Positions 50,001 to 62,923 of a stretch of 64,000 nt of DNA are shown here, in pieces. Under the pieces are notes generated by a model. It was given only the letters and a program-made list of their open reading frames with translations, made no database searches and was not told the DNA's origin. This DNA comes from Albugo candida. Its lineage: Eukaryota. The position numbers and the translations under genes are program-made. Location: contig JBDOQK010000003.1 in NCBI GenBank assembly GCA_040437565.1, forward strand, positions 372,001 to 436,000. Direction: 5' to 3'. The first letter of the stretch is position 1. The number at the start of each line of letters is the position of its first letter.

Positions 50001-52476
50001 TTTAAGATCTTCCACCGACTGGAAGCCATACGTAGCATCCCGCATATTTGTAGTTGACTTTGAATACCTCGTAGCTATCAGGTTTTCATTCATTTGAATA
50101 GATAGGCCAACAGAGACTAACTCTGTCAAATCCCAGAAGAATTTGGATGGGTCCGCTGTAGGAAGCTGAACTTGATATGATTCGATTATCGTTCCCGGCT
50201 ACGTGACACAATGTACCGTGTGAGGCAGCAGTACTTGAATAAACACACAACGATCTCACTTGAAACTGAAGAGAACAAACCACACCTTCGTCAGGCTTAA
50301 GCTGGTACATTTGTGCTTTATGAAATGAAAATGTTCGTCGGCTCGATATGATTTGAGCAGTGTCCTACACCACGCACATTTAACAATTAGAGAAATTGGA
50401 TATTGATACCACACTGTTTGATGTATCTGTACCCGTACATTGGCGTTATCAGTACTCCAACTAATCGATGCTTTTCTTCCTCTTATTGGATCGTTTTCAA
50501 AAGAATGAGTGGTCTGCGCTTCAATATCGGCTTGGTCTACCATTCGTTTCGTGCCATCATCTTGTCGGAAAAAATCGTCAACTGTATACGGACCCCTTTG
50601 GTTTTGACTGAATCGAGGATGAAAGAATATATGCGTTTGGTAGGAAGAGCCTGGGTTGCTTATGTCGGTAAGTTCGACATCACCTTTGTGATTTGAATAT
50701 GACGTAGCCTCCAAAACAGGGTACTCCAAAGCAACTTCGAATGTCTCTTTACTTCCCGTTGGAGGTCCCGATGCAGCACTATCATACTCTATATCATTAT
50801 CCAAGTCCTCCTGTATGATTGACTCGAGTTTTCGACACTTAGCCATACTATCAGTTTCAGCAAAGCTCCAACGTTTACCATCAAGCTCTACGTGATCGCC
50901 CAAGTAGAAAAGCACTTCTCTTCTGTAATCAGGTCGTCGGGTAAATGGGTTTTCTTTTACATTAATGTGTCTCAAGCTGCGTAGGGGCCTCAAGATTTCT
51001 ATCTCTCGAATACCATCAAGTCGATTCCATGAAATATCAAGAAATTTTAAAGACTTGAGATATTGCATGCCCTCAAGGGTATGTAGCTGATTCATTGAAA
51101 GATTCAAGGTTTCCAATTGAGTGAGCGAATTCATTGCTGGTAATTCAGATAGCTGATTATGGCACAAGCANNNNNNNNNNNNNNNNNNNNNNNNNNNNNN
51201 NNNNNNNNNNNNNNNNNNNNNNNNNNNNNNNNNNNNNNNNNNNNNNNNNNNNNNNNNNNNNNNNNNNNNNCTCGAGTTTTCGACACTTAGCCATACTATC
51301 AGTTTCAGCAAAGCTCCAACGTTTACCATCAAGCTCCACGTGATCGCCCAAGTAGAAAAGCACTTCTCTTCTGTAATCAGGTCGTCGGGTAAATGGGTTT
51401 TCTTTTACATTAATGTGTCTCAAGCTGCGTAGGGGCCTCAAGATTTCTATCTCTCGAATACCATCAAGTCGATTCCATGAAATATCAAGAAATTTTAAAG
51501 ACTTGAGATATTGCATGCCCTCAAGGGTATGTAGCTGATTCATTGAAAGATTCAAGGTTTCCAATTGAGTGAGCGAATTCATTGCTGGTAATTCAGATAG
51601 CTGATTATGGCACAAGCACAAATGCTTCAAACTCGAGCACTCCAAAGTACATGTGATTGAAGTGATACGATTCCATCCAAAATCGATACTTGTAATAGCC
51701 TTCAGCGAATTGATAGATGCATCGATGATACCAAATTCGTCGCAGCTCCGGATTGTTAGTGCATTTAAAACTTTCCAGTCTCTGCTTTCCCATTCATTAA
51801 AAAGGACTTGGCGCAAGCATTTTATTTGAATTTGTTCCACACAAAGCGTCTTAAGTGTTTGCGCAAAGAGATACAAATGGCTCAATACCTTTGCGTCCAT
51901 TTTCCGTATTTCTATCGCATCAAGTGATGGAAAAATCTCCAGATCCGCTGCTTCGATCATTTCGCTTTGTTGTTGATAAATATGGAGGCATTTGACTTTA
52001 GTCAATATTGTGGACAGCTTGAGAACAGTAATGTGACCACTATGATGACGCTGTAACGGCTGGGTATGCGCATTCATATTCAAATTTTCGATATGATCTC
52101 GAGACTGAATAGCCCACGTTTCTATCAATTGAGTCTCTGGACTCCGCTTTGGCTGCAAGACAGCGTGCAATCGATAAGATAGGTAGTTTATTTGTTCCGT
52201 TGATAGAACGAGAAACTTTTCATTAAGATTTTTGACCGACTGCTGCAGTTTATCTTCCACTTCTTTCAAAAAGGAAGGATCATCTTTATTTGTTTCAATC
52301 CGAATCTCCTGTTTGTGCTTTCGCGTAAGCTGATAATCGGACGGCGTTGAGAGAGTGTCTGATCTATTTCCGAGGAATCGATTCTTGAAAAATCGTTGCG
52401 AGTGGTGAATCAGAGATGCGGAAACAACGGCCTCGAATCGATTGTCCATCGCAATGTCGTTCGCGTCCCGATTCAT
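47086..52476 (-). CDS. Large multi-exon leucine-rich-repeat protein, STK11IP/nischarin-like N-terminus
   Basis: LRRs LKHLCLCHNQL, LETLNLSMNQL, LKFLDISWNRL and LRHINVKENPF plus the LRR cap YRREV. The gap flanks (50823-51170 and 51271-51618) overlap, so the first exon is probably continuous. Downstream minus-strand ORFs are probable exons. The 3' end is uncertain. Confidence 0.75.
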
Positions 52477-53310
52477 TCAAAGGATCATGCCGTTCCAAAT
52501 GGATTTTGTGTTTTTCACATTATGTTTGGTGTGAAGCACATTTCTAGGTAACGAAGTACAGGCAACACGACTTCAGTAGACTCACCTTACCTACGTAATT
52601 ATCCAACAAAAAGATATGATGAAACAACAACGAACGGTACACAAGGCTAAAGTCAAGAATCTGACGTCATCGTCTTCGTCCTTTATAGCTTAATATTTCC
52701 GGCAATGCCGGTACTGGAACACGATACAAGATGCAAAATACTGGGTTTCTCATTTGATCAAATGAATAGTGGTAAACAAATCTTGGACTTGTAAATAATG
52801 CCATGAGTGTATGAAGAATGCTGTCAATGCAACATCGGCTTGCATCACTATCACAATCGATACTGCACCGATAGCTTAGAAAATTAACGGTAACTTGAAT
52901 ATCGCTGATCACTGGTTTTATTCACCGGATGAAGCAACATGGGCGCCAATGAGAAAGAGTGTCTTATTTCGACGGGTGGCTCTCAATATTCGTTTAAATT
53001 GTTCGGCGTGTTTCGATCCGGATCGAGTACTGCTCGTATGTTCCCTCGACCTTCCTATGTTAATATGTTACTAATATAGAGGACGGCATGTGGATGTGAT
53101 ACACCCACCATACAATAGCATAGCTATTTTTTAGGCCGCGAAATCATGTCAAATACTGATGCTATGACAACGACCATGAATACTCGTGCTGAATGTAAAA
53201 TAAATAGTGGAAGACTAGCAACAAACACAAGTATAGCAGAGAAAATAAAAAATCAGATTTTGCAGACTGTGCGATCTGACGGAAACCATGTGATGCATGC
53301 TTTTAATTCT

Positions 53311-54054
53311 TCAATTGCTTGAGGGGGCAGCGGAGCGTGCACGTACTGTTCTTGAGATAGCATGAGCGCCTGGTCGAGTGCGTACAGCTGTCCTTAGACA
53401 TTTATAAGGCTGGTAGATAAATGAGGTTAATATGAAGCCGTCACGAAAAGACATGCCGACATCTCCAGCAAATGCGGTAATCGGAAATTGCTTGCCATCG
53501 CTATAACGTTCATTGTGCACAAGCTCACCATAAAGTCTTCCAAATACTGCACCGAGAACAAATGCCGAAGGTGGACACTTCTCTCGGATGGTGGATAAAC
53601 TTGGTATTAGATTATACGCATCTACCAGAGCGGTATGAAGAGCTTCATAAACTTTTGTACAAAGCTTCTTTATCGACGTGCTGGGAACGGGTTCTTCGGC
53701 ACACAGAGATATGTCTTTTTGGAGTGCGGTAATTTCTGTGACGCTATCAACCAGTGAGCGACTATGTAGCATATGTTGATGATCTGATTCACAATCTATA
53801 TAGTGCAACGCCACTTTTCTGATGGCCTTCACGAATGTTCTTTTGATCTTCATGCATGTTTCATCACTTCCGTCCAAACAATGCTGATCCCCATACTTGA
53901 AAACTTGGCTGGTTAGAGTTTCTTCACATTCAGCGCGGGTAGAGTCCGAGATATAGCGCAACACACGTCCAGGCTCGCCCTTCAGATCTTGCTGCTGTAG
54001 AAGTTGACCGTTCAAGCAAATTAGGCTGAGTAGTGTGGCTAGTGTTTGAAGCAT
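53311..54054 (-). CDS. Putative secreted cysteine-containing helical protein (247 aa), candidate effector
   Basis: ATG at 54054 begins the signal-like MLQTLATLLSLICLNG. The frame is intact and intronless with spaced cysteines. An INR/FPR-like motif lies directly upstream, and a paralog is at 45944-46649. Confidence 0.8.
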   Translation of the reverse strand: MLQTLATLLSLICLNGQLLQQQDLKGEPGRVLRYISDSTRAECEETLTSQVFKYGDQHCLDGSDETCMKIKRTFVKAIRKVALHYIDCESDHQHMLHSRSLVDSVTEITALQKDISLCAEEPVPSTSIKKLCTKVYEALHTALVDAYNLIPSLSTIREKCPPSAFVLGAVFGRLYGELVHNERYSDGKQFPITAFAGDVGMSFRDGFILTSFIYQPYKCLRTAVRTRPGAHAISRTVRARSAAPSSN

Positions 54055-54068
54055 TTTAGCAATTGATC

Positions 54069-54084
54069 GTGAATGTGTGAATGA
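54069..54084 (-). promoter_or_regulatory. Oomycete INR+FPR-like core promoter motif
   Basis: The minus strand reads TCATTCACACATTCAC, at the same position relative to the ATG as the motif at 46666-46681. Confidence 0.6.
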
Positions 54085-54439
54085 ATAGTAAGCTGTCAAA
54101 TTGACCAAAATATAGATTTGGACGCATACAACGTTTGGCAATCTTTATGGAAAATTCAGATTTTGATCAATCTGATCGAATGTAGCACACGTTTTAGAGT
54201 ACGTCTTCACATGCACATAGTCGTGGCAACCCGTTCAATGTAGAAGTTTTAGATTCTTCAAGTGCAAGAATTAACAGCGATGCCATCAGAAATTACGAGC
54301 CATCCGAACCATCAAGCGCGCATTATGTCGTTATGGGTATGTGATTGCGATGCATCTCAATTATTGCCAAATGTGCTGAAAGTGACGAAAAACATCAAAA
54401 ATATGGAATGCTTAAAGGGTTATTCCTAGCAGTCTTTCT

Positions 54440-57400
54440 TTCATGAGAAGCTTCCATAGAATTGCCCACTACACCAAACCACTACTACATCTATTCTATT
54501 TCATGCTGATCCAGCTCCAGCCTTGCTTGTGGTCGAAACTCTCAGCCAGTCACGCCTTACGATATTCCTCAAATTTAGTATTCATACGTACTTTCCATCG
54601 AACAGCCGTTTCTGGAATAACATTCAATGATGCCTCGCAACCCCTCTGTACGGCTTTGTACCGCTTGATCCAATTGTTGGTATGACGGTGTGTTTTATTA
54701 CACTTATGCATGATGGTTAGCGCCGGATGATTTTTGCCAGTCTTGTACACCCTTCGAAACAGTAGAAAGTGCTCTATTGACGGAAGCTATATCGCTGGTC
54801 TTCCGAATTTATGTGCAGAATGCTGAAGATTCATTTGCAGAATAATTCGTACCAGATATAATGATTATTTTACATTTTTCCACATAATTTAGGCCTAGGC
54901 CAACCCCTGTGAGCAAAGGAAGACACAACTGGTATTCCTCAATATAAATCTGATCGACTCTGTTATGTATATAGCTTGGTACCCCTGTTTTATTATACTT
55001 CAGCCAAGGATTCAGCTGTATCGAGTTATAGGGAATCAAGGGCTTTGTGCAACAAGGCTGTGGCAGACATTGGGTATGTGTTAGTAACCAGGAGAAGATA
55101 CTTGGTAAAACGCATAATCTATGAAGGGCAGATAGTGCACGCATAGCGCAAGTCTAATTGTTTTGCAGATAAACACTTGTACACAGGTTCTATTTGATAA
55201 AAACCATCAATTATACCAATGGGATTCAAGATTGCATGGAAGGACACTCGACTGACCTCGTTCGTGCTCGGATATTCGATAAGTATCCCTATTCTTGTAA
55301 GTGTCGACCTGGACGCTCATAGCAGCTTTTACAATTGGACCCATAGCATGAGCTTCTTCTTTGCCCTTGTCAAACCGGAAGCATCATGAGATTGTTTCTC
55401 ATTTGGCGATTACTGCTACATCTCTGCTCTGGAGTTATCTTGGATTTTTCTTGAACTTGCACTTGATCTTGGCGTGACAAAATTGAGAAAACATATCACG
55501 TATGTTTGCTCATGTGCTCACCTGATTTTCAATCGGCTGAGCTGCAGTCTTGACAAATGAACAAAAGCTAGCGAGCTGTGATACGATTAAAAGTGATTTT
55601 TTGAAATACCGTTCACAACTCACTCTTGCGTTTCTCTCTGATCAAACACCGACGTGCCATCCCCAGCTTTACCCGTACCAATAAACAAATACCAAAACTC
55701 AAACTTTCGTCATCCCTGTTTGTTTTTGTAGAACTTGCGTCCTTAGGGAATCAACTATTCCGTCATGCATGTGTATACAAACAAACCACCATAGATATTA
55801 TCAATGTGATGGAGAAGCAGACAGAATCGAAGTTGTAAGCTATGCTTCAACCTTTGTCAATGAATAATTACATAGTGCAGAGTGTGACATTAGTCATCTT
55901 TTAGGCAGACGGTGCTTCTCAGCAGTATATCGCACTAACGATCGCTTCAGATGTCGACCTTGATTGTCTATCTTGCTGAATTTTTTTGGGTCCAGTTGCA
56001 TTGCGATTCCGTGTGGAATGACATGCGACAACTTCTGATAGACTCTTGCATTATCATCACTGGACCACTTCAAAAGCCGTTAACCGTTGGATGCTACTTC
56101 AATACACGCGCCAGAATCCTCCCTACTTCCATCCTCTTCAAGACACTTGAAACACTTAAAGTTGCCTAGTGCCTTTGAACTTTCCAATACATGTGTACAT
56201 TGTTTTGAGTAAGATTTCTTCCCATAATTGAATCCTTATAGTGAAACCGCTGATCTGAACCCCTCCACCACCGGTTTGATAGTGATCATTTAATAAACCA
56301 TATCACCACTTGCAAAAGGATTTGTCGTGACATTGATTGTGCTCTGCCTTGTTATTCCCAAAATTCAAATACACTCTATATTTAAATTGATTGCGTAATG
56401 TGCTTCTGACTTGAAGAGATATCGCTCCACAGATAATACACGGTACACGGTGTATTGGTGGACTATCTCGTTTTCACAAACTTTCCCGGCAAGGTGTCTA
56501 TGATTTTGACCGTATGCATACAATGAGACAAACAGATTAGCGTAAGACGAGTTCAACATCGTTGACCGACTGGAATCCATACTTAGTATCTCAGACATTG
56601 TCATCTGATTCTAAGCACCCCGTAGCTATCAGATTTTCATCCCAGCAGATTCTCGACGGGTCCATTGTAGTGGACTGCTGAATTTGTAATACTTCGATTA
56701 TCCTTTCCGGCTACGTAACATGAAACTACCGTGTGATTTAGCAATAGTCAAAAAGGACAAACGAAAGATCTCACTTGGAAATGAAGAAAACACTACACAC
56801 TTTTGTTAGCCTTTAGCAGGTACATCTGTGCTTCTTAAGACGTAATAGTCGTCGTCTCTTTATGCTTGTAGCAGTGTCCTGTATCACGCACATATCCCAA
56901 TCAGTTTTAAAAAGCCTTTATATTGCTACTAAACCGTTTGATGGATCTGTATACGTACATTGGCGTCATAATTACTATAGATAATCGATTCATTTGTTTT
57001 AGGCCATTGCTACATGTACACCCCCTGATTAATAGCCAATCAAAAGCCTGGAAAAACACCCTTGCGTCGCGAAATTGCTCGAACGTGTAAATTACTGTTT
57101 CACCTCTGTCTAAGTAGCAAGGTCGAGACCATGAACGAATAAATACAAAAAAGAAGCATTTATAAAAACAGTAGTCACTTGGCCGAAGTTATACTCTTCC
57201 TCTTCCTATCTTTTCTGCACGAATTCAGCTTTTTGGCTGAATCAGAAGCGTATGATGTCGCAAAAATGATATTTTGTCTTATTTTAGAAGCGATCAATTG
57301 CTTCCTGCTCAAAAAGCAGTGGTGTAGCATCCATAGAGAGAGTCTTGAGCACACATAAATTCAATGAGATTGCGTCTAGTTATAACAGAAGATACATCGG

Positions 57401-59648
57401 TGGCTTCATATACAAAAAAGCCTATTTTCACAGCAAGCCAAGTCGTCTGTGCAGTAGCGAACATCATTCATTCACTTAAGCTGCAACATTATAAATACAA
57501 AAACGGACGCATCAAACGTAGCTTGAATCTTTTGCCAGAAGATGTTTCTTCCAGTGAAGAAGCGGGAGAACCTGTCTGAAAATCTTATACATTCAAAAGA
57601 ATGAAAACAACCTATATAGCACAGGAGCATGTACCGAATCCAGCAACTAGGAGAGATGTGCCACGTCTAAGTAATGTTTCAATTAGGAAGCCTTCAGCCT
57701 AGCCGTAAAGGAATATTTCTCTCAGACTCCTCGAAGCAGACATAATGATCAATCACTTCAGATGTGGCTGTATAAGAACATGATCTTGGTTAAGATGCCA
57801 GCTGATCGGAGACGAGTGCAAGCATAGTGTACGATGCTTTGAGGAAAAGGCCTTCATGATAGATCAATACATTCAGCAATGCTGAATGGCTTAAATAGTG
57901 TCAAGAGTATGTTAAGAGACAAAAGACGATCTATCGAGGTGTTTCTCCTATCCTGCATTGAAGATTGCTCTAGTTATTATACACTCAAATGACAATAACT
58001 AGAAAGAGCAGGAGGTGTCGTCTCCTTGAAGTGTAAATTGTCGTGTACAAGTTACGTTCATTGTTATAACTGTGTGAGAAGGCGCAGCATCAGCACTTGA
58101 ATTACGAATCTTTTCGCTGAGATTCGTAATTGGAGGAAGCCACGCGTCCATGCAGTTTCGCGACGCGAGGGAGTTTTTCCAGGCTTTTGATTGGCTATTA
58201 ACCAGGGGGTGTACATATAGCAGCGGCCTTGCTTTATTGGATCATTTCAGAAAGAATCACTGATCTCGCTTCCAAATACTGTGTGACAGCCACTTTGCAA
58301 TCGAAGCTCTATAACCTTGGCTTGGCCTAACATTTGTTTCATGCCATCATCTTGTTGGAAAAACTCGTCGACTTTACACAAGTGTCTCTGCTCTTTACAG
58401 AATCGAGAATGACAGAATTAATGTGTCTGGTGCGAAAGACCTGGGTTGCTTGTTTCGGCAAAATGATGTAGCCTCCAAAACGAGGATATACAAAGCTATT
58501 TTGGAATATCTTTTTAGTTCCGCTTGATGGCCCAACGCAGTACTATCAAAATCGATACCAATACCCAAGTCGTCCTATGCGTTTGACTCTAATCCTCGAC
58601 ATTTGGTCGTCCTATCATTCTCAGCAAAGCTTTGACCGTTATAAGTAAGGTTTACGTGATCACCCATAAAAAAATCTTGTGTAATAAAACCGTCGGGCAA
58701 GTCGGTTTTCTTCCAGATTGATGCATTTCAAGTTGCGCAAGGTCTCAAATCTGTGTCTCTCGAATTTCAACAAGTCGATTCCAAGCCATGTCAAGAAACC
58801 TAAAAAAGTTGACAAATCACATGCCGTCAAGTGTGCGTAGCTGAATTATCCAAAGATTCAAAGTATCTAATTAAGTGAGCATATGCATCGCTGATGATGC
58901 AGGTACCTGATTATGACGCATGCACAGATTCTTTAAACTCGAGTACCCCAGAGAGCTTGTGATCGAAGGGATACAATTCCACCTCAATTCAATACTTGTG
59001 ATAGCTTTCAACGAGTTGTTAAATGCATCGATAGCACCGGCTTCATCGCAGCTCCAGATCGTTAGTGCATTCATTGCTCCGGTCTTTACTTTTGCATTTA
59101 TTGCAACGGACTTGGCGCAAGCATTGTATTTGTATTTGTTCAACACAAAGCGTCTGAAGTGTTTGATCAAAGAAACACGAATGCCTCAGTAACTTTGCGT
59201 CCATTTTACGTATTTATCAAATAATGTAGCCACTATGGTGACGCTGGACCGGCTGCGTGTGCGCATTCACATCGACCTTTCGACCAACCTTTGTGACTGA
59301 ATAGTCCATCATTCGATCAGTTGGGTCTCTGGACTCGGCTTTGGTTGTAAGATCGCATGCAACCGATAAGATAAGTAAATTATTTGTTCCGTCGATAAAA
59401 GGAGAAACTCTTCATTCAGCGTTTTCACCGACTGATGCAGTTTATCTTCTGCTTTTTCAGTAAGAAAGGATCATCCATATCTGTTCAATCCAAATTTCCT
59501 GCTTCTGCTTCCTCGCAAGCTGATAAGAAGACGGCGCTGGAAGAAACTTTAAAGAGTGGTGAATCAGAGACGCGAAGAGAACGGCCTGGGATCAATTGTC
59601 CATTGTGATTCGTAAGTTTTTGCATCAATCAAAGAACCATGCCGTTCC
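54440..59648 (-). pseudogene. Decayed duplicate of the LRR gene, interrupted by a TIR element
   Basis: Colinear diverged matches to ~47000-52497 (acaccaaaccactactacat; agtagaaagtgctctattgacgga; IDAFNNSLKAITSIELRWN versus IDASINSLKAITSIDFGWN) with many stops and indels. Confidence 0.88.
57002..58228. mobile_element. Non-autonomous DNA transposon with ~85-bp TIRs, Merlin/IS1016-like
   Basis: The left end ggccattgctacatgtacaccccctgattaatagccaatcaaaagcctggaaaaac... is the reverse complement of the right end ...gtttttccaggcttttgattggctattaaccagggggtgtacatatagcagcggcc. 8-bp TSD ttgtttta (56994-57001) / ttgcttta (58229-58236). Absent from the paralogous site near 50470. Confidence 0.85.
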
Positions 59649-62600
59649 GAACTACTTCAATCGTTAGAAAAAAGGAACAAACAATAGTTGGCTTGGTTCA
59701 ACCAGAATTGGACGCATTCCATGCAGCATATAAACTCACCTGTAAACAGGTAGATCCAAGCCAAATTTCTGGATGGAAGGACAATTAACGGCATACAAGG
59801 TCTATACTGAAGTATCTGATGCGATCGTTTTCGTGACTTCTACAATCATCAATGTTTTGGGCATTGCCGGTACTGAAGCACAAAAGGAGATGCAACAGAC
59901 TTTAAAGATGGTCTATCTATTCGATCAGACGGAAATGAAAGACATCCCTCAGACTTGTTGTCAACAGCTCTATGAGTCAAAGGCATATGAGACAGATGGA
60001 TTGCAGAATCCAATCAGTACAACATTATCTTTCATCCCCTGCTAGAATCCAGTCGATCTGCGCCCGGAGCGTTGCCAGGCTTATATGAGGGAACCTACAT
60101 CACGCTCAATTATTTGTAATCACCTAATTGGAGCAACATAGGCGTCAGCTCAAACTCTACGGATTTCCCGCAAATTTGAGCACTTGCGTACATTCCCAAT
60201 TAAGATTGCACGCTCGAGACAGTATAGATTTTCCCGGTAAAATGGAAGCATGATGACACAAGTATTTTCGGAGTCCGGAAGACTAGTTGAGTCAAAAATG
60301 ACCAGCTCTCTGTCAATACCAATGACAGAAATGATGTTCCAGCAAGCGTGGCATGGTGTCATTGCTAATGCTTACTCCCTTGCTTATGTGATAAGGCAAT
60401 GATTCTCGCAGCTTTCTACAAACAGATATTTCCGGTCAAAACCATGAAAAAATATTGGACTCACTGGCTTACGAGTTGCAGCTTCGTAATACAGTCCTGA
60501 ATCGCAGCAGAGGTTCTTTTGTTGCGCATATGGCTAGACGAAACACGAAAGACCTTATTGGAGGGAGATATGGATTTTTAAGTGCTTCTTTCGTGCGCAC
60601 CTTCTGCAAACAAAAATGAAAGACAGTAGAAGTACATATTTTATATAAACACTTCAAATGAACCGCACACACGCACTGTCCATGGAATCCGGCTTTCCTC
60701 GCGGTTCTTTATGATTGAACGCAGCATATAGTTCATCGCATTCAATGTGCAGCAAGACTTCCTAATCGAATTCGAGTAGTGTCTGGCAAAGTCTACGAAA
60801 CCACACATGAGTTAAATATGACACGTTCGACGTACGAGTATACACTTCACTCGAAAAAAGCTACCAATACTTGCGCCCAATTGCTTTTCCAATCGGATAA
60901 TTATAAAAATCAATATAAGAATCTTTGAGGTCTCCTACAGAGAAGCAGAATGCACAGTTTGGGGTGATTCGGATGATGTGGGAAGTATCAAAGGTCCCTT
61001 TTTCATTCTTCCCGTTTTTCTCAGGTTGCGAGATACTGTAAAAAGCTAATTTGTCATTTCCTCACGGATCGTCTAGATGCTACAAACACTAACGATAGCG
61101 CTCAGACTCTATACCCAAACGCTCTACTAGCCCAAGTGCAAGCTAGTTTTTTGAGACAAGCTCTCGATTGCAGAGCAATGTTGAACTCGAAGATAACGCG
61201 ATGGAAGAAACAGCTTCGCACAAGGTCGTGAAGTTATCCTCTAGTAGCGATTGATACTAATCAGGCCACAAGCGGTTACGAAAGCTCTGAGATAGACTCC
61301 TTTTTCTGCCTCAAGAATCGCAGCATTCCCACAAAAGGTGCGAGAAAATATGCTCTTGCTAAATTATTAAAATCTCATACGAAACATTCTGCCACCAATA
61401 CAAAGAAACATCCGTTGTGCGAGAGGATACATGATGGAGTAGCGTTGGCTGGCATACGTTTTGGTCAAGCTCATCCAGATTGTGAGTACAGTCTTCAAAT
61501 ATCACATCATGATCCTTCACTAGCAAAAAGCACGTAAAAATAAGAATATATACACCCGATGGTGCCTACAAAAGTGTATTGCAGGATCCCAATGAATTCA
61601 AAATCCAGGAATATTGGAGGAGTTTGCAGAGAAATGAAGTTTGGTTTGAATGAGTCAACCAATCTAGTACGAGGTCTTTTAGGTATGTCCCTACTATTGC
61701 AACACCTTCCAACACTGGTGGTTATCATTGCTGTCGAAATGAGGAATCATATATCCAGGGCCATCTTTCGTATCCCAACGTTGCAACTGCGGTAGCAAAG
61801 TAGCAAGCTTCTTACATCAACTTAAATTAGGGAAGATTGTCAAGAATGAACTGTGTTTTTTTTGCTTCAATCGCAATGTTGCGATCTAATGACTACGCAG
61901 GAACCAACCAGAAAGCTGTCAACTGAGTGCTATCACGCTAGCTACAATACTCATAAGGGCGCAGATACGAAACATAATGCACGCTTTGGAAAACCACACC
62001 GTAAAATCAACGTTTGTGGACATCGTTCACTCTGAGAAATATCATCGGAAAGGTGGCACTGCTCTTGTGACTGATATGTCAAGTGTGCTTGTCAGGGACA
62101 TCATACACTTTGATCGCTCCAGTTTTTCTTTCAATATAAATGCGTACACCATCATTATCCGAATGCGATAACAGAACACTGTGACTAAAAAGAAGGCCAG
62201 TGTGGTGAAAAATTGAAGAGTCAAAGAGCTAGTCTATGTAGCTTGCATAAAGTAAGGCTAAACGCCATTTCTAGTGGCAGCCAAGCTCCAACGTGTACAG
62301 TGGCAAAAAACGCGTTCTGCCGATTATGGTTCTATAGCCATTTGTTGACGGCACCGAGCCCAAGGCCCGAATGAAAGATCTATTCTGACATACGCATGAT
62401 AATATTTAGGCAACGCGCAACGTATAATTCCCCACCTCGAGAGTTGGTATACAGAGCATCACTATCATGTTGTTAAGATCTCATGCTGCATTGACACTAT
62501 CGATCTGTCTAAGATTGCTATCACTCTAGATGATTCTTACCTCACAGAGTAATGGCAGCGGCCGCACAGCTAGGATCATGGACAGTTAGAGCATGCTTCT

Positions 62601-62923
62601 TTCTACTGGGGATAATGAGGTAGAGTGTGAACTAAGAAGTTCGTATCATTACATAAGATTACGGGAGACACAGCAGATTAAGCATAAGCCGCTTGGACAT
62701 GTAAGTCTTTTGCATAAGTCATATTCATCCTAAGGTGCATAGCTTCAAAGCTTCCCTGGCGCTTGCAATATTCCTAGCTTACAGTCGGTGATTGATAAGC
62801 TTTGTGACACTTGCATGATACTTTGGTCTTATTGGCAAGTTGGTAATGATATTGCTAACATTTGCAGCCTTTATTTTCACCCGTGGCCTCGTCTTCTTCA
62901 GAGGTGCGCTATTCCATCGGCAC

